Shown here one piece after another: positions 52,489-64,000 of a stretch of DNA of 64,000 bases (position 1 is the stretch's first letter; each line of letters starts with the position of its first letter). This stretch comes from Verrucomicrobiota bacterium (GTDB taxonomy: Bacteria > Verrucomicrobiota > Verrucomicrobiia > Limisphaerales > JADLHS01), in the NCBI GenBank assembly GCA_039806955.1, contig JBDHQI010000006.1, positions 16,324 to 80,323 of the forward strand. The letters are read 5' to 3'. The notes beneath the pieces were generated by a model. It ran no database searches, was not told where the DNA came from, and saw only the letters and a list, made by a program, of their open reading frames with translations. A program made the position numbers and the translations under genes.

Positions 52489-54534
52489 ATGCTCAAAGCG
52501 TTCATGACGCGCAGATGGCAAAGCGGCGTTGGTTGGGGGTTCGGGTGGTTGGCGCTTGGGGCGCCGCTCGGATTGATCGCGGCTCCGCTCATCACGAACC
52601 TGGCGCAACTGCGTGCCGTGCCGTTCTCACAAGCAACCCGGCAACTACCTGTACGGTTGTCGGCTATCGTCACGGCGTTTAATCCCAATTCGGTGTTTAT
52701 TCAGGATGCCACCGGTGGCTCGTTCCTCAGTTACCCCAACGCGCAAACCGTTCTCGCCATCGGCGATTATGTGGAAGTGGAGGGGGTGACGTATCCCGGA
52801 CGCTTTTTAACCGGAGTGGGCGCGCCGCAAGTTCGCCGGCTGGGCAATCGCGCGTTGCCGGGGCCGGTGGAAGTGGATTACGACGATTTGGTATTCGCAC
52901 GGTATCATTACGAACGGGTGACGGTGCGAGGCATCGTTCATTCGTTGAGGCACAGTCTTGAAACGGATCGTTGGGTCATGAATTTGACAATGGGACGGCA
53001 GAGGTTGGAAATTCAGATCGCGAGTCATGGGGCGACAAATCTGCCGCCGTGGGTTGGCGCCAAAGTGCGGGTGGCGGGACTGGCTGTCGGCAACATCAAT
53101 AACCGGCGTCAGCTTTTGGCCCCGCAACTACTTGTGAATCAACCAGCCGATGTGTGGGTGGAAACGCCACCCGTGGCGGATCCTTTTACCGCGCCTTTGT
53201 TATCCGCTTCGGAATTATTGAATTTTCGACCGGAAGGGCTGACGCAACAGCGCGTGCGGGTGCGCGGCATCGTTACGTTGCATCAGCCGGATGGGGTTTT
53301 GTTTTTGCGCGACGGCCAATTCGGTTTACTCGTTGAGACGGATCAGCTCGATCCCGTGAAACCGGGCGATGAGGTTGAGGCTGTTGGCTTCGCGACGATG
53401 GGGCGGTTCAGTGCTTATCTGGAAGATGCACGCTTTCGTGTTGTTGGTTCCGGTCCGCTACCGCAGCCCCAAACCGTGTCGTTACCCCAGGCGCTATTGG
53501 ATAACAACGACGCCAACCTGATCGTGTTGCAAGCGTATCTGGTGGAGACTTTGCGGAACCCAAAAGAAACCACGCTCGTGTTGCGGATTGCGGACGTGAT
53601 TTTTTCCGCCAGGCTGCCGCGCGCCGAAGTTCATTTGCGAAATGGCAGTGAACTCCAGGTGGCTGGCGTGTGCCGCGTGGTTGAGGTTAACCCGGGTGGT
53701 TTGGGTTTTGGGGCCTCCCCGCGTTCATTCGAACTGCTGCTGCGCTCAGGGGAGGATATTAACGTGTTGTCCAAGCCTTCCGGTTGGACGGTGCGGCGGC
53801 TCGCAATTATCGCGGGCGTCTTGTTTGGATTGGCGTCACTCGCCTTCGGTTGGGTGGTTCTGCTACGGCGGCGCGTTGCGGAACAGGCGCAAATCATTCG
53901 CGCAAAGGTGCAGCGCGAGGCGGTGCTGGAAGAGCGCCATCGCGTGGCGCGCGAGATGCACGATACGCTGGCCCAAAGTTTTTCCGGACTGGGGTTTCAG
54001 TTGGAAGCCCTGCAAACGCGGCTACCCGCCACGGCGGTGGCGGCCCGGCAACAGTTGGAAACGGCGCAGAAGATGGTGCGGCATGGACAGGAAGATTTTC
54101 GTCGCTCGTTGCTGAATTTGCGGCCGCGAGAGTTGGAGACCGCCTCGCTCGTCACCGCGTTGGCGGAACTGGCGAAACAAAGCACGCGCGGCACGGGGAT
54201 TGAAATTCATTGTGATTTGCAAACTCCTGACGGCAAACTTTCGGAACTGGTGGAAACCAACCTTTTACGGATCGCCCAGGAGAGTCTGGCTAACGCCGTG
54301 CATCACGGGCATCCCAAGCGCATCAAATTATCTCTGAAAGTGGCGTCCGCTTGGTTGCGGTTGACTATCGTTGACGATGGTCGGGGCTTTGATTCCGTGA
54401 AATTGGAAAATGGAGACGATGGACACTTCGGCTGGCGGGGTATTCGGGAGCGGGTCAGTCAGATGGATGCGCAAGTGGAATTACAATCAACGCCGGGGCA
54501 GGGGACGACCGTTTGCGTGAACGTGCCATTATGA
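52489..54534 (+). CDS. Sensor histidine kinase (HisKA_3/NarX-type) with large periplasmic repeat domain
   Basis: Four tandem OB-like modules, a TM helix (LAIIAGVLFGLASLAFGWVVLL), the H-box RVAREMHDTLAQ and the HATPase region (NAVHHG...DDGRGF...GWRGIRERV). Confidence 0.9.
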   Translation: MLKAFMTRRWQSGVGWGFGWLALGAPLGLIAAPLITNLAQLRAVPFSQATRQLPVRLSAIVTAFNPNSVFIQDATGGSFLSYPNAQTVLAIGDYVEVEGVTYPGRFLTGVGAPQVRRLGNRALPGPVEVDYDDLVFARYHYERVTVRGIVHSLRHSLETDRWVMNLTMGRQRLEIQIASHGATNLPPWVGAKVRVAGLAVGNINNRRQLLAPQLLVNQPADVWVETPPVADPFTAPLLSASELLNFRPEGLTQQRVRVRGIVTLHQPDGVLFLRDGQFGLLVETDQLDPVKPGDEVEAVGFATMGRFSAYLEDARFRVVGSGPLPQPQTVSLPQALLDNNDANLIVLQAYLVETLRNPKETTLVLRIADVIFSARLPRAEVHLRNGSELQVAGVCRVVEVNPGGLGFGASPRSFELLLRSGEDINVLSKPSGWTVRRLAIIAGVLFGLASLAFGWVVLLRRRVAEQAQIIRAKVQREAVLEERHRVAREMHDTLAQSFSGLGFQLEALQTRLPATAVAARQQLETAQKMVRHGQEDFRRSLLNLRPRELETASLVTALAELAKQSTRGTGIEIHCDLQTPDGKLSELVETNLLRIAQESLANAVHHGHPKRIKLSLKVASAWLRLTIVDDGRGFDSVKLENGDDGHFGWRGIRERVSQMDAQVELQSTPGQGTTVCVNVPL

Positions 54535-55166
54535 CTATCGCGCAGAATAAAATCCGGGTCTTGATTGTGGACGACCATTTAGTGGTGCGGATCGGGCTGC
54601 GCAGTCTCCTCGAGGTGCAAACGGACATGGAAGTGGTGGGCGAAGCGTCCGGCGGCATGGCCGCACTGACACAATTTCAATCCGTGCGCCCGGACGTGAC
54701 ATTGATGGATTTGCGCATGCCGGATCAAAGTGGTTCGGCGGCCACTGCGGCCATTCGCAAACACGCGCCTGAAGCGCGCGTCGTGGTGCTGACGACGTTT
54801 GAAAATGATGCGGGCGTTTATCGGGCGTTGGAAGCTGGCGCGATGGGCTTTCTCCTGAAGGATGCAGATGGCGACACGCTGCTCCGCACCATTCGCGAGG
54901 TTCACGCCGGCACCTATCGTTTGCCAGCGACGATTGCGGTTCGGCTGGCGCAGCTTCGAGCGGCGCCCAAACTTTCGCCACGTGAGTTGGAAGTGTTGCA
55001 ATTGATCGTCAAAGGTTGCAGTAACAAGGAGATCGGCGTGATGCTCGGACTGGCCGAAAATACCGTCAAAAACCATCTGAAAATGGTGTTCGAAAAACTG
55101 CGTGTGGCCGACCGGACTCAAGCCGCCACAACCGCACTGCAACGCGGCCTGGCGCGTTTGGATTGA
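54531..55166 (+). CDS. NarL/FixJ-family response regulator (REC + LuxR HTH)
   Basis: IRVLIVDDH, ...TLMDLRMPD, a C-terminal SPRELEVLQLIVKGCSNKEIG...TVKNHL block. ATGA overlap with the kinase stop. Confidence 0.94.
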   Translation: MTIAQNKIRVLIVDDHLVVRIGLRSLLEVQTDMEVVGEASGGMAALTQFQSVRPDVTLMDLRMPDQSGSAATAAIRKHAPEARVVVLTTFENDAGVYRALEAGAMGFLLKDADGDTLLRTIREVHAGTYRLPATIAVRLAQLRAAPKLSPRELEVLQLIVKGCSNKEIGVMLGLAENTVKNHLKMVFEKLRVADRTQAATTALQRGLARLD

Positions 55167-55236
55167 GTCGAGACTGGAACTGGTTAGCTCGAAAGAGCCA
55201 TTGTTTTAAGTGGTTTTTCCCACCTAGACTGCGCCG

Positions 55237-57477
55237 ATGAAGTGGAAGTGTTACTCCTGCAGATGGATTATTTTCAGCGGGCTGATGCTGGCCGGAGTCC
55301 TCACGCTCCGCGCTCAGACCAACGACACTCTGACTCTCGTGGACGTGGATGGTTTCGACGATGTCGAGCTTTATCCCGTCGGAAATCTGCAACCGGTCAC
55401 CGATGGGGGCGCGGACTGGCAGCCGGCGGCGGTTGCTCCGGCGCAGATTGTTGCATTAAGCAATGACGATCACGGCAAGGTGCTGCGGCGGTTGCAAACC
55501 GGTGAGGACCGGACTGACTTCATCAGCTTTCCTCCGGTGTCGGTAGGAGCGTTAACCATTCAATTTGACGCGCGCGCCTCGGTTTCTGCTTCGCGCACGC
55601 TGGATATTTTCCTCCTCCCGAACACGGGTGGAGAAACCTGTTTGTTGGGCTGGGGCCCGGTGAATAATCAACTCGCGTACTACAACGGTACCGCCTGGGT
55701 GGGGATTCATGACTTGGATACGAACTGGCACCAAATCGAGCTGACCAGCTATCTCAGCGGCGCCAAGTTCGGGAGTTGGGAGCTTAAAGTGGATGGCTCA
55801 TTGTTGGCCACGAATTTGCCGTGGCGCAATCAACATCCGTTGGGCACGGCGTACGGACGATTGCGCATTGGCGGCATTCGCGGCCTGGCTGGCACGTATG
55901 CGGACGTGGATAATCTGGTCATCACCGCGACCGGGGCCACGCCGCCGCCGGAATTTTTCTATCTGACAAATGCCGCCGTCGGCGCGACCGAATTTCGGTT
56001 TTCCTTTGCCACCAAAACCAATGCGGAATATCGCATTGAAAGCGCCAGCGGAATGACGGATTCGTCCTGGTTGTCGGAAGCGATTGTTCCCGGCAGCGGC
56101 TTGGCGGCGTGGTTCACTAATCACACGGCTACCAATGACGCCCAATTCTTTCGCGTGAAAAAACTGCCTGCGCCCGGGTTTGCCGATGGATATCGGGGCA
56201 TCTGGTTCACCCTCGGGCAATTCTCCACTTACGGCGACAAATACTCCGGTGGTTTGGGCACCTACACGGCCAACCATATTCCCATTGCGATCTACGCGCC
56301 GGCGGTGAATAAGACCTTCTTTACCTATGGCGGCACGATCAAGGAGCAGCGCCATCTGCTCATCATGGTTTCCGAATACGATCACGCCACCGGCAAAGTG
56401 CCGCGTCCGACGCTGGTGCTTGATAAACAAGGTGTGAACGATCCGCACGATAACGCTTCCCTGGCGCTGGATGAGCAAGGTTACATTTGGGTGTTTGTCA
56501 GTGGCCGCGCTCGCGCCCGACCTGGTTGGATTTTTCGCAGTCGTCACCCGTATGACATTGCGGACTTTGATTTCGTCAAGCAGGACGAGTTGACGTATCC
56601 GCAACCGCACTACCTGCCGGGCTTTGGTTTCTTCACGCTGTTCACCAAATACACCAAGGGACGCGAGTTATATTGGATGACCAGTCCGGACGGAATAAAC
56701 TGGAGCGAACACCATAAACTGGCAGGCATTCAAGGGCATTATCAGGTGAGCAATGTGCGCGCTGATGGCATGGTGGCTACGTTTTTCAATCGGCATCCGA
56801 ACGGGAATCTGGATAAGCGCACGGATCTGTATTACGCCCAGACCACAAACTACGGCGTCACCTGGACCACGGCCGCCGGCGTCCCGCTGACCCTGCCGCT
56901 CTCGACGCCGGACAACCCGGCGCGAGTGTTTGACTACTCCGCGCAGGAACGGCTGATGTACACCTGCGACCTCAACTTCGACACGAACGGGCATCCGGTG
57001 TTGCTCTACGTTTTGGGCAGGCACCATCAGCCCGGCCCGGCGGGTGATCCGCGCGAATGGACCATTGCGCGCTGGACTGGGAGCGAGTGGGCCACCTCGG
57101 TGGTTTGCGTTTCGGATCACAATTACGACATGGGCAGCCTTTACATTCAGCCGGACAAATGGCTGATCATTGCGCCCACGCAAGTGGGCCCGCAGCCGTG
57201 GCAAACTGGTGGGGAAATGGCGCTTTGGACAAGTCTGGATCAAGGGCAAACCTGGACCCAGACTCGCCAAATCACCCGGAACAGCGCCTACAACCACACC
57301 TACGCGCGCCGCCCGTTGAACGCCACCGATCCCTTCTTTGCCTTTTGGGCGGATGGCGATCCCACACAATTCACCCCGTCGCATTTATATTTCAGCGATT
57401 CCTCCGGCTCGAACGTCTGGCAATTACCGTACGACATGGGTGCGCCAACCGCCACCCCCACCTTGATGAACTATTGA
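55237..57477 (+). CDS. Secreted protein: LamG/jelly-roll-like domain + internal '...FFRV' module + BNR_4/sialidase-fold-like C-terminal domain (tentative)
   Basis: Signal peptide. aa 30-215 is homologous to the 48800 protein. aa 240-310 is FRFSFATKTNAEYRIESASGMTDSSW...AQFFRVKK. The C-terminal part YRGIWFTLGQFSTYGDKYSGGLGTYTANH... resembles the BNR_4 family as I recall it. Confidence 0.8.
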   Translation: MKWKCYSCRWIIFSGLMLAGVLTLRAQTNDTLTLVDVDGFDDVELYPVGNLQPVTDGGADWQPAAVAPAQIVALSNDDHGKVLRRLQTGEDRTDFISFPPVSVGALTIQFDARASVSASRTLDIFLLPNTGGETCLLGWGPVNNQLAYYNGTAWVGIHDLDTNWHQIELTSYLSGAKFGSWELKVDGSLLATNLPWRNQHPLGTAYGRLRIGGIRGLAGTYADVDNLVITATGATPPPEFFYLTNAAVGATEFRFSFATKTNAEYRIESASGMTDSSWLSEAIVPGSGLAAWFTNHTATNDAQFFRVKKLPAPGFADGYRGIWFTLGQFSTYGDKYSGGLGTYTANHIPIAIYAPAVNKTFFTYGGTIKEQRHLLIMVSEYDHATGKVPRPTLVLDKQGVNDPHDNASLALDEQGYIWVFVSGRARARPGWIFRSRHPYDIADFDFVKQDELTYPQPHYLPGFGFFTLFTKYTKGRELYWMTSPDGINWSEHHKLAGIQGHYQVSNVRADGMVATFFNRHPNGNLDKRTDLYYAQTTNYGVTWTTAAGVPLTLPLSTPDNPARVFDYSAQERLMYTCDLNFDTNGHPVLLYVLGRHHQPGPAGDPREWTIARWTGSEWATSVVCVSDHNYDMGSLYIQPDKWLIIAPTQVGPQPWQTGGEMALWTSLDQGQTWTQTRQITRNSAYNHTYARRPLNATDPFFAFWADGDPTQFTPSHLYFSDSSGSNVWQLPYDMGAPTATPTLMNY

Positions 57478-58056
57478 GCGGGTGCCGTCTCTCTATGTGC
57501 TGAGGACATAAAAAGCTTGCTGCTTGATTCCAAAAACGGGGACGGCAAACTAAAAACGCTTAGAGCCTGTACTTAACTTTTGCCAAACAATGTGTAAGCG
57601 TCCTGTGAAGTGCCTTGGGTGAATAGCACAGATGCCGACGAACGGGAGCGGATCAGGCGGCGGAACGTCGAGGTGGCGGCGGCAGCGGATTGGGAGCGTG
57701 CGCGCGGCGATGGAAATCAGCGGTTCATTTGTCGAGGTCGCGCCAAGCCTTTGAGCAAAGAGCCAGTTCACCGCTGCGGGCAGGGTGAATCCCATCATGA
57801 TACTGCTTGCGTGCGACGGCGTGACGAATTGCGTGAAAACCGCACCTCCGCCCGCATCGCGAAACGCCTGCACCCATGCGCCCGTGCCGGTAACGACCGA
57901 CTCCGATCTCGTGGGAGTCACATGCAGACCCGAGATCGCTCCCCGGCGGCAGGAAATGGGTCGCCTGCAATTTCACAAGGCCTGGCAGAATTTATTTGAA
58001 TCCATCGGTGCGCAACCTATGCTGATATCGGTCCCGTTGCTGTAAAAATAAAGTCC

Positions 58057-61188
<3,132 letters not shown>

Positions 61189-61190
61189 CC

Positions 61191-62660
61191 ATGTCGCTCC
61201 CGCACCTGCATCCCATCACCCGCCGTCATTTCTTCAAGTCCGCCGGCATCGCGACGGGTCGCATCGCGCTGGCGGGATTGCTGTTCCCTGAACTCTCCCG
61301 GGCTGCTGTGAGGCCGGCGGTCGCTGCGCACCCGCATCCGGCCTTGCCGGGCCTGCCGCATTTTGCGCCCAAAGCGAAGCGGTTGATTTACCTGTTCATG
61401 AACGGCGGACCGTCGCAGATGGATTTGCTCGATTACAAACCCATCCTGACGGAAATCTACGACACGGACTTGCCGGACTCGATTCGCATGGGCCAGCGGC
61501 TGACCACCATGACCAGCGGACAATCGCGCTTTCCCATCGCGCCCTCGAAGTATGCCTTCAAGCAATATGGCCAGTCGGGAATCTGGTTCAGCGAACTGCT
61601 CCAGCACACGGCCAAGGTCGCGGACGACATCGCGGTGATCAAAAGCGTTCACACCGAGGCGATCAATCACGACCCCGCCGTCACCTTCATCCAGACCGGA
61701 AATCAAATCCCCGGCCGGCCCAGTCTCGGTTCGTGGTTGAGCTACGGGCTGGGGAGCGAGTGCGACAACCTCCCGGCGTTCGTGGTGATGACACCGCGCT
61801 GGTCCGCCAAGCGCGATGCCCAGGCCTTGTATCAACGGCTGTGGGAGGCGGCATTCCTGCCGACTCAACACGCGGGGGTCGCGTTGCGCTCCCAGGGCGA
61901 CCCTGTGTTGTATCTGAACGATCCCCCCGGCGTGGACCGCGAGACACGACGCGACATGCTCGACACCCTCGGCCAGTTGAACGGACTGCGGCAGCGCAAA
62001 CTTGGCGATCCCGAAATCAACACCCGCGTGGCCCAGTACGAAATGGCCTTCAAGATGCAGGCGTCTGTTCCCGACCTGGTGGACATCTCCGGAGAATCGA
62101 AGGCGACCCTTGATTTGTATGGCCCTGAAGTCACCCAGCCGGGCACGTTCTCGCACAGTGCGCTCATGGCGCGTCGCCTGGCCGAACGCGGTGTGCGCTG
62201 CATCGAAATCTTTCATCGCGAATGGGATCATCACGGCGATCTCCCGCGCGATCTGCCGCTCCAATGTCGGGATGTGGACCAAGCCTGCTACGGCTTGATC
62301 ACCGACCTCAAACAACGCGGCCTGTTGGAGGACACCCTCGTCGTGTGGGGCGGCGAATTCGGGCGCACCGTTTACTGCCAGGGCAAATTGACTAAGGAAG
62401 ACTACGGTCGCGACCATCACCCGCGCTGCTTCACGATGTGGATGGCCGGTGGCGGCGTGAAGGGCGGCGTGGTTTATGGCGAAACCGACGACTTCAGCTA
62501 CAACGTGGTGAAAGACCCGGTCCACATTCGCGACATCAATGCCACCATCCTGCATTGTCTCGGCATTGATCATCGCCGGCTCACCTACAAGTTCCAGGGA
62601 CTCGACATGCGCCTGACCGGTGTGGAAGAGGCCAACCCGGTCCAAGGCATTCTCGCCTGA
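61191..62660 (+). CDS. DUF1501 (sulfatase-fold) protein with Tat signal
   Basis: [15 protein letters not shown] twin-arginine signal, [24 protein letters not shown] motifs. 2-nt gap after the upstream gene. Confidence 0.93.
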   Translation: MSLPHLHPITRRHFFKSAGIATGRIALAGLLFPELSRAAVRPAVAAHPHPALPGLPHFAPKAKRLIYLFMNGGPSQMDLLDYKPILTEIYDTDLPDSIRMGQRLTTMTSGQSRFPIAPSKYAFKQYGQSGIWFSELLQHTAKVADDIAVIKSVHTEAINHDPAVTFIQTGNQIPGRPSLGSWLSYGLGSECDNLPAFVVMTPRWSAKRDAQALYQRLWEAAFLPTQHAGVALRSQGDPVLYLNDPPGVDRETRRDMLDTLGQLNGLRQRKLGDPEINTRVAQYEMAFKMQASVPDLVDISGESKATLDLYGPEVTQPGTFSHSALMARRLAERGVRCIEIFHREWDHHGDLPRDLPLQCRDVDQACYGLITDLKQRGLLEDTLVVWGGEFGRTVYCQGKLTKEDYGRDHHPRCFTMWMAGGGVKGGVVYGETDDFSYNVVKDPVHIRDINATILHCLGIDHRRLTYKFQGLDMRLTGVEEANPVQGILA

Positions 62661-62879
62661 GCCGGTGGGTCGCGGCCAGTGAGCCGCACCTTGAAGTCGC
62701 AGACCACCCTATCCTGGCCCGGGGTGCGTCTCACACCCTGCGCAAAAAGCGCAAAAGCATCCCAACGCCTGGCGCGTGCAGCGTGGACATGCTTTCCAAA
62801 TGAATTGGAATGTCAGCGGAATGATCGTCAAGGGAATGGTCTTCAATCCTTTGACCCCGCCTCGGCTTTTGGCCTTGAT

Positions 62880-63050
62880 GCGTGCCCTTCGTAGCAGCGG
62901 ACGTAAGTCCGCTCCATCTCAATGAATCTTTTCCGAACCTTTCGTGGCTGTCCCCACAGTCCCCGTGCCAGAGGCACCACCGGAAATTAGTCAGCCACAA
63001 GGTGGCTGGATTCAGCCACGAACCCGGATTCGTCCCGGAGGGACGAAACG
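62880..63050. repeat. Cluster of short perfect hairpins (REP/MITE-like words) in a 630-bp spacer
   Basis: GCGGAC-gtaa-GTCCGC (62897-62912), GTGCC-aga-GGCAC (62965-62977), CAGCCAC-aag-GTGGCTG (62992-63008), TTCGTCCC-gga-GGGACGAA (63029-63047). Confidence 0.5.
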
Positions 63051-63290
63051 TGAATACGCGCCGTCTTGAGCTCAGGAACATTTCTAAAGAGTTTTGACAG
63101 TCAGATTTATACGCCGTAAAAGGGCTCGGTCACTCGGCCATTCGGATGGTTGAGTTCCAACGGTAATCGCGACGGTCAAACGGGATTGATGGCGTGTCGT
63201 GGTAGCCGTTGGAGTTGGCAGCGGTTTATTTCACGACTCTATTTATCTTGTGTCCTGGTTTTCGTAGTCCAATTTAATCCACGGAGATCA

Positions 63291-64000
63291 GTGGCATCCA
63301 TTCACACAATCAAACCGCGCAGCCGTTTGGGACGGGTGGCGCTATTGTTGCTGGCCATCAGTTGTCTGGTTTCGGGCATCTGGGGCGGCTTGTTGCGGGT
63401 GCCGCTGGGATTGCCCTTGCCGGTGGATCACGCGAACTGGATCAGTTTCCATGGCGCACTGATGGTCTGCGGATTCCTCGGCACGGTCATCAGTCTGGAG
63501 CGGGCCGTGGGGCTGCGCGCGCTTTGGACTTTTCTCGCGCCGCTGTGCGCGGGCGCGGGCGGCGTGGTCATTGCCTTCGGTGTTTTATCACCCTGGCCGC
63601 GCTGGTTGTTGGTGGCGGGAAGCTTGGTGTACGTGGCGGTGACGCTGCGCATCGTGCAGATCCAACTGAATTTGTCCAACTCGGTCATGATTGTGGGCGC
63701 GGTGGCGTGGACGGTAGGGAATGCGCTGTGGGCTTTGGGTTACGCCATTCCACAGATCGTGCTTTGGTGGCTGGCGTTTCTGCTTCTGGTGATTGTAGCC
63801 GAGCGACTTGAATTGACCCGGTTTCAAAAACCTTCGCCACTTTCAAAACCGTGGTTGGTCATCACATTGATTCTGCTCGGGCTGGGGTTGGTCATGGTTG
63901 GAATTTGGCCCCGAATTGGCGGGTTATTGACGGGCGCGGCATTGTTGGTGATGGCCGGCTGGTTGCTGCGCTTTGATCTGGCCTGGCGCACGATCCGGCA
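63291..64000 (+). CDS. Multi-pass integral membrane protein, 3'-partial (runs off window); family not assigned
   Basis: Not in the ORF track because there is no stop within the window. GTG 63291 is preceded by GGAG (63283-63286), and an in-frame stop lies upstream at 63210-63212. My translation gives VASIHTIKPRSRLGRVALLLLAISCLVSGIWGG...ISFHGALMVCGFLGTVISLERAV... with at least 6 hydrophobic helices. Confidence 0.6.
   Translation, partial: MASIHTIKPRSRLGRVALLLLAISCLVSGIWGGLLRVPLGLPLPVDHANWISFHGALMVCGFLGTVISLERAVGLRALWTFLAPLCAGAGGVVIAFGVLSPWPRWLLVAGSLVYVAVTLRIVQIQLNLSNSVMIVGAVAWTVGNALWALGYAIPQIVLWWLAFLLLVIVAERLELTRFQKPSPLSKPWLVITLILLGLGLVMVGIWPRIGGLLTGAALLVMAGWLLRFDLAWRTIR

Overview
GC-rich (~58-62%) bacterial chromosome segment. 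It is probably from the PVC superphylum (Verrucomicrobiota-like). This is an inference from gene content: a PSCyt/DUF1549/DUF1553 + DUF1501 pair, several prepilin-like 'LIELL' proteins, an SBBP-repeat protein, and many word-like hairpin repeats. Most of the window is core housekeeping. It includes dnaG, tyrA-aroA-cmk-plsC, tmk, cysS, a Tat-signal SOD, an IscS/NifS-type desulfurase and mutY. It also carries the classical cluster tRNA-Thr-tuf-tRNA-Trp-tRNA-Ser-secE-nusG-rplKAJL-rpoBC (24.1-37.3 kb). Downstream are an APC permease, a GKRP/MurQ-like double-SIS protein, an aldo/keto reductase, a SulP transporter and rluE. Further on are a NarL-type two-component system flanked by large secreted proteins, and a PSCyt/DUF1501 pair. 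The clearest accessory region is a ~5.8 kb islet between mutY and rnhC (16.9-22.7 kb). It holds a low-GC three-gene cassette of unknown function that runs in-frame into a truncated PIN/VapC toxin gene. It also holds that toxin's antitoxin, a parDE module bracketed by 59-nt direct repeats, and an SBBP-repeat secreted protein. A higB2/higA2 module sits at 13.0-13.6 kb. The second notable theme is several unrelated families of short hairpin or simple repeats. Some of these sit in-frame inside conserved enzymes (aroA, mutY twice, SOD, the SIS protein), including a perfect 4x heptanucleotide tract in mutY. There are also low-GC patches inside cysS and aroA. I found no CRISPR array, transposase, integrase or rRNA. 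No known multi-gene defence system is recognisable. The novelty claims below are hypotheses from reading the sequence, not database results.
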